In this document: piece after piece, positions 17,444 through 26,562 of the stretch | Layout of the letters: each line of letters begins with the position of its first letter | Numbering within the stretch: the stretch's first letter is position 1 | Source of the DNA: Thermoplasmata archaeon | GTDB taxonomy: Archaea; Thermoplasmatota; Thermoplasmata; Lutacidiplasmatales; UBA184 | Assembly: GCA_022750375.1 (NCBI GenBank) | Contig: JAKIVU010000002.1 | Span: forward strand, 38,946-102,945 | DNA: 64,000 nt | Direction of reading: 5' to 3' | The notes under the pieces: generated by a model | The model's input: only the letters and a program-made list of their open reading frames with translations | Databases searched by the model: none | Told to the model about the DNA's origin: nothing | Translations under genes and position numbers: made by a program

Positions 17444-20058
17444 GCGAGACGCCCGAGGCGGCATCGCCTCCCCCTCCGACCGACCGGATCCACGACCGCC
17501 CGCTGGAGCGGGAGATGCACCAGTCGTACCTCGACTACGCGATGAGTGTGATCGTCGGGCGGGCCCTTCCCGACGGACGCAACGGACTGAAGCCGGTCCA
17601 ACGCCGCATCCTCTGGTCGATGTGGGAATCGGGGGCGACCCACGACCGGGCGTACCGCAAGTCGGCGCGCACCGTCGGGGACGTCCTCGGGAAGTACCAC
17701 CCGCACGGCGACCTCGCGGTCTACGACGCGCTGGTCCGGATGGCGCAGCCGTTCAGTCTCCGGTATCCCCTCATCGACGGGCAGGGGAACTTCGGCTCGA
17801 TCGACGGCGACTCCCCCGCCGCGATGCGGTACACGGAAGCCCGGCTCTCCCCGATCGCGGAGGAGCTGCTCCTCGACATTGAGAAGGAGACGGTCGACTG
17901 GACCGACAACTTCGACGGGACGCTGAAAGAACCGCTCGACGTCCCCTCCAAGATCCCGAATCTGCTCGTCAACGGCTCCGCGGGGATCGCGGTCGGCATG
18001 GCGACCAACATGCCGCCCCACAACCTCAACGAGATCGCGGATGCGCTCCTGCTCCTCATCGCGAACCCGGACGCGGGCGTCGAGGAACTCCACAAGGTCG
18101 TGCCGGGCCCGGATTTCCCGGGCGGCGGGTACCTTTCCGAGGAGGGGATCCGCGAGGCGTACGCGACCGGCCGTGGAACGCTCCACCTGCGCGGGACCGC
18201 CGAGATCCGCGAGCGGGACGGCCGCGACGAGATCGTCATCACCGAGATCCCGTACGAGGTCAACAAGACCGCGCTGCTCGAACTGATCGCCGACCTCGTC
18301 AAGAACAAGCGGATCGACGGCATCACCGACCTCCGGGACGAATCGGACCGGCACGGCACCAGCGTCGTCCTCGAGCTCCGCCGCGACGCCCCGGCCGAGA
18401 TCGTGCTCAACCGCCTCTACGAGCACACACCGCTCGAGACGAGCTTCGGCGTGATCAACCTCTGCCTGGTCGAGGGGCGCCCGCGCGTTCTGCCGCTCAA
18501 GGACCTGTTGCTCCTCCACCTCGACCATCGTCGGACGGTCCTCACCCGACGCACGACGTTCGACCTCCGGAAGACCGAGGAGCGCCTCCATCTCCTCGAA
18601 GGCTTCCTGACGGCGATCGACCACATCGACGAGGTGATCAAGATCATCCGCCGGTCGAAGGACGTCCCCGCCGCCGAGACGAGCCTGATGGGGAAGTTCC
18701 TCCTCTCGAGCGAGCAGGCGAAGGCGATCCTCGACATGCGCCTTTCGCGACTGACCGCGCTCGAGCGCGAGGCGGTCGAGCAGGAGAAGAACGAGAAGGA
18801 GGCGCTCGCGCGGACGCTGCGCGAGATCCTCGCCTCCCGCGAACGGCTCGACCGACTGATCGTCGACGAGCTCACGGACCTCAAGGAACGGTGCGGCGAC
18901 GCCCGCCGGACCCGCATCGTTCCGGCGTTCACGGCGCGGACCCTCGAGGACCTGATCCCCGACACCGATGTCGTCGTCCTCGTCACCCGGGACGGCTACA
19001 TCAAGCGCCTCCCGCTCGACCAGTACCGGCGCCAGCATCGCGGCGGACGCGGGCTGATCCGGATGGAGACGAAGGAGGAGGACTACGTCATCCGGACGTT
19101 CGTCACCCGCACCCACGACGACGTGCTGTTCTTCACGAACAAAGGCCGCGTCTACCAGCTCAAGGCGTACGAGCTCCCCGAAGGGAGCCGCCAGTCGAAG
19201 GGAAAGGCGGTCATCAACCTCCTGCCGCGCCTGAAGGACGGGGAGCGGGTGCAGACCCTCCTCCCGCTCCACGACCTCTCCACGGCGGGCTCGTTGTTCT
19301 TCGCGACGCGGCGGGGGCTCGTCAAGCGGACGACGCTCGACCAGTTCCAGAACATCCGCGTGAGCGGCATCCAGGCGGTCCTGCTCGAGGAAGGGGACGA
19401 GCTGGTCGGCGTCGCCCTCGTCACCGACGAGTCGACCGAGGTCCTCCTCGCGACCCGCTCCGGCCAACTCGTCCGGTTCCCACTCTCCGAGGTGCGACCG
19501 ATGGGCCGCGCGACGTACGGGGTCATCGGGGTGCGCCTCTCCGCGGCGAAGGACGACCACGTCGTCGCGATGGCACCGGTGAGCCCGAAGTTCCCGACGT
19601 TGCTCTCGCTCACCTCGACCGGTTATGGAAAGCGCAGTCTGACCGAGGAGTATCGCGAGACGAAGCGGGGCGCGAAAGGCGTCCGTACGATCCGCACCGG
19701 AGGCCGGAACGGGGCCGTCGTCGCGGTCCTTCCGACCACCGACCTCTCCGAGCTGCTCGTCACGACCCACAACGGGATCACGATCCGCGTGGCGGTGAAG
19801 GGGATCCGCGCGCAGGCCCGCAACACCCTCGGCGTCCGCGTGATCCGCCTCGACGAGGGAGACGAGGTTCGGGACGCCGTCATCCTCGCGGCCCCGGTCG
19901 ATGGGGAGGCGAACGGAGTGCCGTCGTCCCCGACGGACGCCGAGCTCCCGAATCCCGTCGAGCCCGAGGAGGACGACGCGATGCCCCCGCCGCCCGCGCC
20001 GGACGACGAGGAGGAGAACGACGATGGGACGACGCCCGACGCGACGGATCCACCGTAA
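17440..20058 (+). CDS. gyrA: DNA gyrase subunit A
   Basis: GTG 17440 overlaps the upstream stop (GTGA). Motifs: [36 protein letters not shown], active-site [10 protein letters not shown], beta-pinwheel repeats and an acidic C-terminal tail. The upstream 470 codons of listed ORF 16030..20058 are artefact. Confidence 0.95.
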   Translation: MSETPEAASPPPPTDRIHDRPLEREMHQSYLDYAMSVIVGRALPDGRNGLKPVQRRILWSMWESGATHDRAYRKSARTVGDVLGKYHPHGDLAVYDALVRMAQPFSLRYPLIDGQGNFGSIDGDSPAAMRYTEARLSPIAEELLLDIEKETVDWTDNFDGTLKEPLDVPSKIPNLLVNGSAGIAVGMATNMPPHNLNEIADALLLLIANPDAGVEELHKVVPGPDFPGGGYLSEEGIREAYATGRGTLHLRGTAEIRERDGRDEIVITEIPYEVNKTALLELIADLVKNKRIDGITDLRDESDRHGTSVVLELRRDAPAEIVLNRLYEHTPLETSFGVINLCLVEGRPRVLPLKDLLLLHLDHRRTVLTRRTTFDLRKTEERLHLLEGFLTAIDHIDEVIKIIRRSKDVPAAETSLMGKFLLSSEQAKAILDMRLSRLTALEREAVEQEKNEKEALARTLREILASRERLDRLIVDELTDLKERCGDARRTRIVPAFTARTLEDLIPDTDVVVLVTRDGYIKRLPLDQYRRQHRGGRGLIRMETKEEDYVIRTFVTRTHDDVLFFTNKGRVYQLKAYELPEGSRQSKGKAVINLLPRLKDGERVQTLLPLHDLSTAGSLFFATRRGLVKRTTLDQFQNIRVSGIQAVLLEEGDELVGVALVTDESTEVLLATRSGQLVRFPLSEVRPMGRATYGVIGVRLSAAKDDHVVAMAPVSPKFPTLLSLTSTGYGKRSLTEEYRETKRGAKGVRTIRTGGRNGAVVAVLPTTDLSELLVTTHNGITIRVAVKGIRAQARNTLGVRVIRLDEGDEVRDAVILAAPVDGEANGVPSSPTDAELPNPVEPEEDDAMPPPPAPDDEEENDDGTTPDATDPP

Positions 20059-20212
20059 CCGGATCCTGCGCTGCCCGACGTGCGGCTCGACGCGGGTCGT
20101 GCTGAGCGCCGGGTCGATCACCGGGCAGGTCTACCACTGCCTCGATTGCCAGTACATCGGCTCGTTGATCCTGGAAGTCGACGTCGCCGACGACGGCACC
20201 CCGCTGCCGTAG
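20024..20212 (+). CDS. Putative small zinc-ribbon protein (62 aa)
   Basis: [42 protein letters not shown], with CxxC..CxxC. The internal ATG of listed ORF 19901..20212 overlaps the last 35 nt of gyrA. Confidence 0.4.
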   Translation: MGRRPTRRIHRNRILRCPTCGSTRVVLSAGSITGQVYHCLDCQYIGSLILEVDVADDGTPLP

Positions 20213-20218
20213 TCGAGC

Positions 20219-21499
20219 TCAGTCGTCCGCGTCGACCGACGCGAGCACGCCCGGGGCGCGAGGGGGACGGACCGCCTGCTGCTCGGCGGCGGCGACGAGC
20301 GCGAGGGCGCGGACCGTCGGAAGGACGTCGTGGGTCCGCACGAGCGCCGCCCCGCGCTCCGCGGCGAGGACCGCGGCCGCGATGCTCGCCTCGAGCCGCT
20401 CTGCCGGAGCCGCTCCCCCCAGGAAGGACTTCCGGGACGCGCCGATCACGACCGGGTAGCCGAGGCTGCGGAACTCCCCCGCGTGCACGAGGAGCTCGAG
20501 GCTCTGCTCCGCGGACTTCCCGAACCCGAGGCCGGGGTCGACGAGGAGCTTCTCGGGCGCGACCCCGGAACGGATCGCCGTCTCGGTCGCCGCGGCGAGC
20601 GCGCCGAACACCTCCCCGCGCAGGTCGGAGTACGCCAGGTCGTCCTGCATCGTCGCGGGCGTTCCGCGCATGTGCATCACGATCACCGCGGCGTCCGACC
20701 GGGCGGCGACCCGGCGCATCTCCTCCGAACGCAGTCCCTCGACATCGTTGATCACGTCCGCCCCCGCGGCGACCGCCTGCGCGGCGACCTCGGCGTGCCG
20801 GGTGTCGATGGAGATCGGCACCGGACTCCGGTCCCGCAGCGCCTCCAGCACGGGCGCCACACGGCGCCACTCGGACTCGGCGGACGTAGGGACCGCCCCC
20901 GGGCGCGTCGACTCCCCACCGATGTCGAGAAGGCTCGCGCCCTCCTCGGCGAGCCGAAGCGCGGCGGCCGTCGCCTCCGCTGGGGCCGGGAACTTCCCGC
21001 CGTCGGAGAACGAATCGGGGGTCACGTTGACGACTCCCATGACCCGCGGGTGGTCTCCCAGCGTCAAGGAACGATGCGCCCCGACGACGGTGCGGGGGCC
21101 GTGCGCCACGTACGCCCGCAAGGCGCGGTCGACCTCCCCCGCAAGCTCGGTGAGACCGAACGGTTGACGACGGAGCTTCGGCAACAGCCGTCGGTACTGT
21201 CCCCACGTCGCGAGGAGCAGTACGGGGCTCGACGCGACCGAGTGGTCCGCGACCCCCCGCGCGTGGGCGGCGTCCCCCCCGACCGAGAGGAGCTCCTGCT
21301 TGAGCAGCGGCGACGCCTTCAGCGACACCGCGGAGAGCCGAACGGGAAATATCCGACCCTTGCGCGTCATGATCCCGACCCCTTCGGGGTCGCTCTCGGT
21401 GCGCTCGATCTCGCGGGCGATCTCGTCGAGGCGCTCCCATTCGAGCACGCGCGCTCCGAACCGATGCGACAGGGGTTCGACGGCGACGGGCTCCGACAC
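20219..21499 (-). CDS. folP: Dihydropteroate synthase with an N-terminal extra domain of roughly 150-190 aa
   Basis: Pterin-binding core VMGVVNVTPDSFSDGG, LLDIGGESTRPG, ISIDT, INDV, and DPGLGFGK..ASRKSF. I prefer GTG 21499 (VSEPVAVE..) because a TATA-like box sits about 26 nt upstream. The listed ATG 21619 would also overlap the divergent kinase gene. Confidence 0.85.
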   Translation of the reverse strand: MSEPVAVEPLSHRFGARVLEWERLDEIAREIERTESDPEGVGIMTRKGRIFPVRLSAVSLKASPLLKQELLSVGGDAAHARGVADHSVASSPVLLLATWGQYRRLLPKLRRQPFGLTELAGEVDRALRAYVAHGPRTVVGAHRSLTLGDHPRVMGVVNVTPDSFSDGGKFPAPAEATAAALRLAEEGASLLDIGGESTRPGAVPTSAESEWRRVAPVLEALRDRSPVPISIDTRHAEVAAQAVAAGADVINDVEGLRSEEMRRVAARSDAAVIVMHMRGTPATMQDDLAYSDLRGEVFGALAAATETAIRSGVAPEKLLVDPGLGFGKSAEQSLELLVHAGEFRSLGYPVVIGASRKSFLGGAAPAERLEASIAAAVLAAERGAALVRTHDVLPTVRALALVAAAEQQAVRPPRAPGVLASVDADD

Positions 21500-21521
21500 G
21501 TTCGGGGGAGTCGCCCGAGCG

Positions 21522-21528
21522 ATAAATA
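21522..21528. promoter_or_regulatory. TATA-like element (ataaata) in the folP/kinase divergent spacer
   Basis: The only AT-rich heptamer in 21500-21590. It lies about 26 nt from folP GTG 21499 and about 65 nt from kinase ATG 21591. Confidence 0.35.
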
Positions 21529-21590
21529 CGGCCGCTCCCCGCACCGGGCAACACCGTTTAGCGGCGGGGCCGGTCCCGGACCCTGCTTCG

Positions 21591-22313
21591 ATGGTCGTGG
21601 TATCTCCGGGACGGGTCATCGCGGTCGACGGGGCTTCCGCCGCTGGAAAGACGCGCGCGGTCGTGGCCGTCGCACGGTCGACGGGCTGGAGCGCGCTCCG
21701 CGAAGGATATCGTCGCCTCTCTCACGCCCCCTCCCTGGGCTTCACCTCGTCGCGGGAGCTCCTTGCGCTGGAGCAACGACTCCTGCGCGAGGAGGCCCGT
21801 CGGTTTTCCGAAGCACGCGCCCAAGCGCGGGACGGGATCACGGTGATCGCCGACTCCGGATTCCTCGGGCCCCTCACGTACACGGAGGGGTTGGTCGCTC
21901 TGGGGGCCGCGCCCCGGTCTGTACTTGCATCTCTCCTCGCCCTCGCGCGCCGGCTCGAGCATCGGGGCACGTGGGGGCTCGCGGACGCGTACGTCTTTGT
22001 CGACACGCCCGCGTCGGTCCGCGACGCGCGCACGCGGGCGGACCCCCGCGGTCATCCTCCGGAGTTCGCGCGTCGCCATCGGGAGGTCGGGAACCTGGAG
22101 CGCCGGTTCTATCGCGAACGGTTCGCCCCGCTCCTCGGCTCCCGATTCCGTTCCGTTTCCGGTGTCGGCGCCCCGGCGGTCGTGGCGCGACGGGTCGCCC
22201 GAGCGGCGCGGGACCGGGGCACCCCCTCGCCCGAGCGGGGGTTGGCGGAGGCCGTGCTCGCCCTCTTCCCGGCGAGCGACGGGCCGGTGGACCCCTCCCG
22301 CGGTAATCGTTAA
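21591..22313 (+). CDS. P-loop NTPase, nucleoside/nucleotide-kinase-like
   Basis: Start at ATG 21591 (MVVVSPGRVIAVDGASAAGKTRAV, Walker A). Also IADSGFLGPLTYT and VFVDTPASVRDAR. The upstream part of listed ORF 21300..22313 is antisense to folP. Confidence 0.6.
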   Translation: MVVVSPGRVIAVDGASAAGKTRAVVAVARSTGWSALREGYRRLSHAPSLGFTSSRELLALEQRLLREEARRFSEARAQARDGITVIADSGFLGPLTYTEGLVALGAAPRSVLASLLALARRLEHRGTWGLADAYVFVDTPASVRDARTRADPRGHPPEFARRHREVGNLERRFYRERFAPLLGSRFRSVSGVGAPAVVARRVARAARDRGTPSPERGLAEAVLALFPASDGPVDPSRGNR

Positions 22314-22316
22314 GAA
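22309..22316 (+). promoter_or_regulatory. TATA-like box (gttaagaa) about 30 nt upstream of the Sm gene ATG
   Basis: AT-rich octamer at leaderless spacing. Confidence 0.35.
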
Positions 22317-22342
22317 GGCGACCCGGCCTCGCCCGCCCTCCT

Positions 22343-22555
22343 ATGCGCCCCCTCGATGCGCTCCAGCAGAGCCTGCACAAGCGGGTCCTCGTGGAAATGA
22401 AGGGCGGACGCTCGTACCGTGGCGTCCTGGACGCCTACGACCAGCACCTGAACCTCGTCCTTTCCGCGGCCGAAGAGGTCGTAAAGGATGTCGTCACTCC
22501 GCACAGCGGGTTGACGCTCGTCCGGGGCGACTCGATCGTCTACATCTCACCGTAG
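22343..22555 (+). CDS. Sm-like (LSm/SmAP) protein
   Basis: Sm1 motif VLVEMKGGRSYRGVLDAYDQHLNLVL and Sm2 motif LVRGDSIVYIS. 70 aa. Confidence 0.9.
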   Translation: MRPLDALQQSLHKRVLVEMKGGRSYRGVLDAYDQHLNLVLSAAEEVVKDVVTPHSGLTLVRGDSIVYISP

Positions 22556-22567
22556 GAGAACACGCGC

Positions 22568-22732
22568 ATGTCCAAGGGAACTCCGTCCAGCCGGGGAGGC
22601 AAGATCGTCCACGTCATCTGCCGCCGCTGCGGGCGCCACTCCTACCACCGCCAGAAGAAGGTCTGCTCGTCCTGCGGGTTCGGGGATACCGCCCGACGCC
22701 GTGGCTACGACTGGGCCAAGATCAAGCGATAG
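22568..22732 (+). CDS. rpl37e: 50S ribosomal protein L37e
   Basis: Not in the ORF track because it is shorter than 60 aa. Manual translation: [54 protein letters not shown]. It has the C-x2-C-x14-C-x2-C zinc ribbon. Sm followed by L37e is a classic archaeal gene pair. Confidence 0.9.
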   Translation: MSKGTPSSRGGKIVHVICRRCGRHSYHRQKKVCSSCGFGDTARRRGYDWAKIKR

Positions 22733-22845
22733 GGTCGTCCCCAGCCCCTCTCCCGCCCGACCGTGTGGTCCTGGATTGGTCCGGACGCACTCGCACAGGT
22801 CTTTGAGCGGCGAATACCTCGCTCGGTTGGAGTCGATCTAGCGCC

Positions 22846-23556
22846 GTGAGTTTTCGAAATCGCCTCGTTGCGGAGAGATTTCTCGCACTGCGCGTGCCGT
22901 GGCCGGATTGGATTTTCGTCCCCGTCCTTATTCTCTGGGTCGTCGTCAACTTCGGATTCTATCCAGCCTATCCGTCATTCATCCTCGCAGTCGGGACGTT
23001 CCGGGCGCACTCGAATGTCATCTTCCCCATCACGTGGGGTTGTGCTCTCCTATTGTTCGCGTACGGGCTTTGGCTGTTTCATCGTCGCTACGCCCTTGAT
23101 CTCGTCCGCACCGTCGTCTACGCGATAGCTCTCTCCTTCGCGGCCACGTCGCTCTTTGAGATCCTCTACCAGAACGTCGGGATCGGAGCCGGCGTGGGCA
23201 ACCAGTCGCTGGAGGGCCAGGCAATCAACCTGAGTGCCTTGCTCCTGGCGCTCTCGAGTCTTCGATTCTGGCGACTCAGCCGGCCGTTCCTGATGTCGGC
23301 CGTCCTGTTCCTCGGCGGATGGCTACTATGGCTCGCCGCAGGGTATCCGCAGATCTACAACCCCTCCGCAGGCCTCGCCTCCGAGGGCTATGCATTCAAC
23401 TCGGTCCTCAAGGTCGGGGCGTTCGTCGTCGTCGCTCTGCTGGTCAGCTTTGCGCTCCCGTGGATAGAGGAACGACCCCCTGCCGAGGGCAAAGGCCCAA
23501 TATCCGAGGAAACACCCGTGGCCGCTTCTACCGCGGAGTCAGCGACCAGGCCGTAG
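22846..23556 (+). CDS. Integral membrane protein, function unknown
   Basis: About six hydrophobic spans, for example WIFVPVLILWVVVNFGFY, WGCALLLFAYGLWLF, VVYAIALSFAATSLFEIL, VLFLGGWLLWLAAG, VGAFVVVALLVSFAL. GC is visibly lower than in neighbouring genes. The 3' end overlaps the convergent mpg end by 18 nt. Confidence 0.65.
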   Translation: MSFRNRLVAERFLALRVPWPDWIFVPVLILWVVVNFGFYPAYPSFILAVGTFRAHSNVIFPITWGCALLLFAYGLWLFHRRYALDLVRTVVYAIALSFAATSLFEILYQNVGIGAGVGNQSLEGQAINLSALLLALSSLRFWRLSRPFLMSAVLFLGGWLLWLAAGYPQIYNPSAGLASEGYAFNSVLKVGAFVVVALLVSFALPWIEERPPAEGKGPISEETPVAASTAESATRP

Positions 23557-24141
23557 TGCCGGTCGGGGCCGAGAGACCGCGGCGTCGCCGTCGATCCAAA
23601 AGCGGAGCGGCCGCTCGGTGGCGCGACTGATCCCTACGCGCGCCCCCACGCCGATCCGTCGCGGTCGCACCCGGCGAGCGAACACGGCGACCCGGCTCCC
23701 GACGGTGACGTCCACGCCGTCGTCTTCGATCCTGACCCCCAACGCGCGACAGAGCCGACCCGGCCCGGTCGCCGTCTCGTCGCCGGCCGCCAACAGGGCG
23801 CCGGCCCGGAGGAGCACCGCTTCCCCGCGCCGGGTGACAAGGTTCGCGCACACGACCTGGTGGATCCGATAGACGTAGAGACTGCCGGGGGGGCCGAACA
23901 TCGACCGGTTGCGTCGGGTCGGTCCTCGAAACGCGTGACTTGCCTCGTCGCCGCGGAGGTACGCCTCCGTTTCGACGAGGCGTACTTCCCGGGTGAGGCC
24001 GTGCGCGGTGACTCGAAGACGCGCTCCGAGCAGTTCCCGCGCGACCCCGACAGTGGGGCGGTCGAAGAACGCCCGCCCGAGGCGGCGTTCCTCGGCCGGG
24101 TCAGAGGAGCTTGCCGCGGTCCGCGAGCGGATGCCCGTCAA
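23539..24141 (-). CDS. mpg: DNA-3-methyladenine (methylpurine) glycosylase, Mpg/AAG family
   Basis: FFDRPTVGVARELLGARL, LVETEAYLG-like (VETEAYLRGDEASHAF), RNRSMFGPPGSLYVYRIH, GPGRLCRALGV. The listed start is a TTG that overlaps the upstream gene by 41 nt, so the start is uncertain. Confidence 0.85.
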   Translation of the reverse strand: MTGIRSRTAASSSDPAEERRLGRAFFDRPTVGVARELLGARLRVTAHGLTREVRLVETEAYLRGDEASHAFRGPTRRNRSMFGPPGSLYVYRIHQVVCANLVTRRGEAVLLRAGALLAAGDETATGPGRLCRALGVRIEDDGVDVTVGSRVAVFARRVRPRRIGVGARVGISRATERPLRFWIDGDAAVSRPRPALRPGR

Positions 24142-25210
24142 CGGTGACCGTCGCCTCCCCGACCGTGATCCAGGAGAGGTATCGGCAGCGGTTGCGACCG
24201 CCGTAGATCGTGTTGCCTCCGACGGCGAGCGTCACGGTGCCCGCCTCTTCGTCCTCGGCCTGGGGGACTCCGGGAGCGAGGGCGGTGTTCAGCCCGAGCG
24301 CGAACAGCGCGACGACCTCGCGACCCCGGGGGGCCCAGGCGAAGTCGGCCTCGAACGTCTCCGCCCCCTCCGTGTACCAGTAGTTCCGGAGGCGCCCGCG
24401 CTCGACCTCCCATTGGGCTCCCGCGACGCGGCCCGAGGAGAGGAAGCTCGGACGGTTGCCCACCACCGTACCCTCCGCACTTCCCTCTTCCACCGCAACG
24501 ACCGCGGACCCGGCGGGACTCGCGCTGACGGTCCGGCCGTGCCGCCGATCGTCCCGGTCGATTCGTCCGTCGTCGACCCACGGTGTGCGCCCGCGCAGCC
24601 GCAACGAGACGTCCGTCCCGTTCGCCGCCGTCACACGCAACGTGCGACCGGTCCGGAGCAGGCGCGCGGTACGCTTCGCATCGCGCGCGAGCGCGGCGTA
24701 GTCGACCTCCGTGATCGCCCGGATCAGCTGGCTCCGCCACGTCGCCGCCGGAACGGACCACCGCTCGGCCTGCGCGTCGGAAACGTAGCCGAGCAGGCAG
24801 CGCACGGTCCGGATCCGCGCACGCTGCGTTCGGCGTAGCCATTCGTCGTCCGCCCCGAGGAGCGAGGCCGACCGCTGGGGGGGCATCGCACGAAGGCGGG
24901 GCCGGTCGGCCGGCCCCGGAAAGTAGACGATGGCGTCGGCTCGGGAGACCGCGGCGACGACCGGCGGCGAGGGGCCGGACCATCGCGCGGGGGAGCCGGG
25001 GAGGTCGAGACTGCGCCAGAACGCGTCCTCATCCTCGAGGACGAGGAACGGACGCGCGCCGAGCCGTCGGGCCTCGGTGACGCACGCGGTCGCCCAGGGA
25101 AGGGTGTGATTCCACGTGAGCACGGCGACGTGCTCGCCCCGTCGCACGGCGAGCGCGCTGCCCAGCAGCGCCCGAGCGACCGCGGGTGGACTCGCTTCGT
25201 TCGAGGGCAT
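24101..25210 (-). CDS. M29-family (AmpS/aminopeptidase T-like) aminopeptidase
   Basis: Start at ATG 25210 (MPSNEASPPAVARALLGSALAVRRGEHVAVL..EARRLGARPFLVLEDE). The C-terminal LAVGGNTIYGG region is typical of M29. The upstream 378 codons of listed ORF 24101..26344 are artefact. Confidence 0.8.
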   Translation of the reverse strand: MPSNEASPPAVARALLGSALAVRRGEHVAVLTWNHTLPWATACVTEARRLGARPFLVLEDEDAFWRSLDLPGSPARWSGPSPPVVAAVSRADAIVYFPGPADRPRLRAMPPQRSASLLGADDEWLRRTQRARIRTVRCLLGYVSDAQAERWSVPAATWRSQLIRAITEVDYAALARDAKRTARLLRTGRTLRVTAANGTDVSLRLRGRTPWVDDGRIDRDDRRHGRTVSASPAGSAVVAVEEGSAEGTVVGNRPSFLSSGRVAGAQWEVERGRLRNYWYTEGAETFEADFAWAPRGREVVALFALGLNTALAPGVPQAEDEEAGTVTLAVGGNTIYGGRNRCRYLSWITVGEATVTVDGHPLADRGKLL

Positions 25211-25233
25211 CGGCCAGACGTAGGGACGCGCGA

Positions 25234-26562
25234 TTATAGGGCGGTGGCGCCCGACCGAACACTCGCGACGATCGTCGGCGCGGCGGTCGGGTCGGCTGCG
25301 AGCGCCCGCGCCACCGCGACGATCAGGTGGCCGGCGTCGTCGTACGGCGGAGAGAAGCCGAACGGACCGAGGTGTCGGGGAAAGTCGGCCCACCCACCCC
25401 TCCCGGAAGCCGCGTTTCGGACGACCGTCCGGATCCGCCGCCCTCGCGAGAAGTCGGCGATGTCTCGGCGGAGTCCCGGCGCGGCGCCCGCGGCGCGCGC
25501 GACGTCGAGCCACGCTCGGAGCTTTTCCGGTCGGTGGCGGCGCCGTCGCGCTCCGTATCCGAAGACGCCGTTGAAGTACAGGAACGGTCCGCCATGCTCC
25601 ATCGCTTCGAGGAGCGTCCGGCTTCCGGTGACGATCCGGAGCTCCGCGCGGGCGAACCGACGCCGCCACGCTCGCGGCGACAGCGGGCCGACCGCTACGA
25701 TGACCCGGTCGGAGGGGAACGTCGTGGCCCATTCCCGACCCGTGCGTACGTAGAGCCGCACGCGAGGTCTCGCCTCGGAGAGCCCGGCGACCACGCCCGG
25801 CGCGATCGCCTCGGCACTCGGCGGGCTCGCATACCAGACCCACTCCCTCGCGGTCTTCGCCGCGCGGCGCGCGTCCGAGCGCCGGTATCGGGGCCAGAGG
25901 GGCCCGGTCTGGACCGCGGCGGGATACTCTCGTGCGAACTGTCGGTCGGCCCGGAACGTGGCGAACAGGTGGAGCACGTTCGCCCGGTCGAACGCTCGAT
26001 GCGTCCGGAACGCCGTTCGGAACTGATCCACCTCTCCGGCACGTTGGGACCGGGCGAGACGGGCGGGCAGCGCGCGGCGGAGCACTCCCCCCTCGCGGAG
26101 ACGCTCCCGATTTTCTTCCGCGGAGGGAAGGGTTCGCGCGAACTCCTCGAGACTGACGTGCAACGTCGACGCGGGCCCGTACGCCTCCTCGACCGCCCGC
26201 GCCTCGAGTTCCCACGGGCCCCCCCGACCGAACGGTTCGGGTCGGCTCGGGGCGGCGCTGATCCCCCACGCCGGGGAGACCGTCAGTGCGGCCGGCGCGA
26301 GAGGAACGAGCCGATCCCGGCGCTCCACGGGCGGCCAATCCCACGGACCGTCCACTGAGCGCGGAAGCGCACGGCCGGGGAGGCGGAAGAGGAGCGGACG
26401 GAACCCGGCCCGCGCGAGTTCCCGGCCCGCGGCGAGGACCTCCTCGATGTCCCCGAGACCACCGCCCACGACGGCGGGAAAGAGATAGACGTCGACCCCG
26501 GGACGCCGGCGACCGGTCCTAGGCGACGGGTCGGTAGAGCGTCTGATCGGTGAGGGCTTCAT
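25234..26562 (-). CDS. Hypothetical protein with glycosyltransferase-B-like N-terminal signature
   Basis: Start at ATG 26562 (MKPSPIRR..VDVYLFPAVVGGGLGDIEEVLAAGRELARAGF), a strand, Gly-loop and helix as in GT-B enzymes. The C-terminal half has RIVTGSRTLLEAMEHGGPFLY. I recognise no specific family. It overlaps the upstream GNAT gene by 44 nt. Confidence 0.5.
   Translation of the reverse strand: MKPSPIRRSTDPSPRTGRRRPGVDVYLFPAVVGGGLGDIEEVLAAGRELARAGFRPLLFRLPGRALPRSVDGPWDWPPVERRDRLVPLAPAALTVSPAWGISAAPSRPEPFGRGGPWELEARAVEEAYGPASTLHVSLEEFARTLPSAEENRERLREGGVLRRALPARLARSQRAGEVDQFRTAFRTHRAFDRANVLHLFATFRADRQFAREYPAAVQTGPLWPRYRRSDARRAAKTAREWVWYASPPSAEAIAPGVVAGLSEARPRVRLYVRTGREWATTFPSDRVIVAVGPLSPRAWRRRFARAELRIVTGSRTLLEAMEHGGPFLYFNGVFGYGARRRRHRPEKLRAWLDVARAAGAAPGLRRDIADFSRGRRIRTVVRNAASGRGGWADFPRHLGPFGFSPPYDDAGHLIVAVARALAADPTAAPTIVASVRSGATAL

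Noticed and set aside
20118-22306. Long ORFs 20118-21554 (-), 20330-22306 (+) and 20080-20751 (+) across folP and the kinase gene
   Set aside because: Arg/Pro/Gly-rich junk frames. The folP frame contains all the dihydropteroate synthase motifs.
25234-26562. Calling the GT-like protein an EarP-type arginine rhamnosyltransferase (VVGGGLGDIEE resembles the VVDNYGDIGV start of EarP)
   Set aside because: The resemblance is limited to one short Gly-loop motif common to many GT-B enzymes. Archaea use hypusinated aIF5A rather than EF-P. The evidence is insufficient for a family call.
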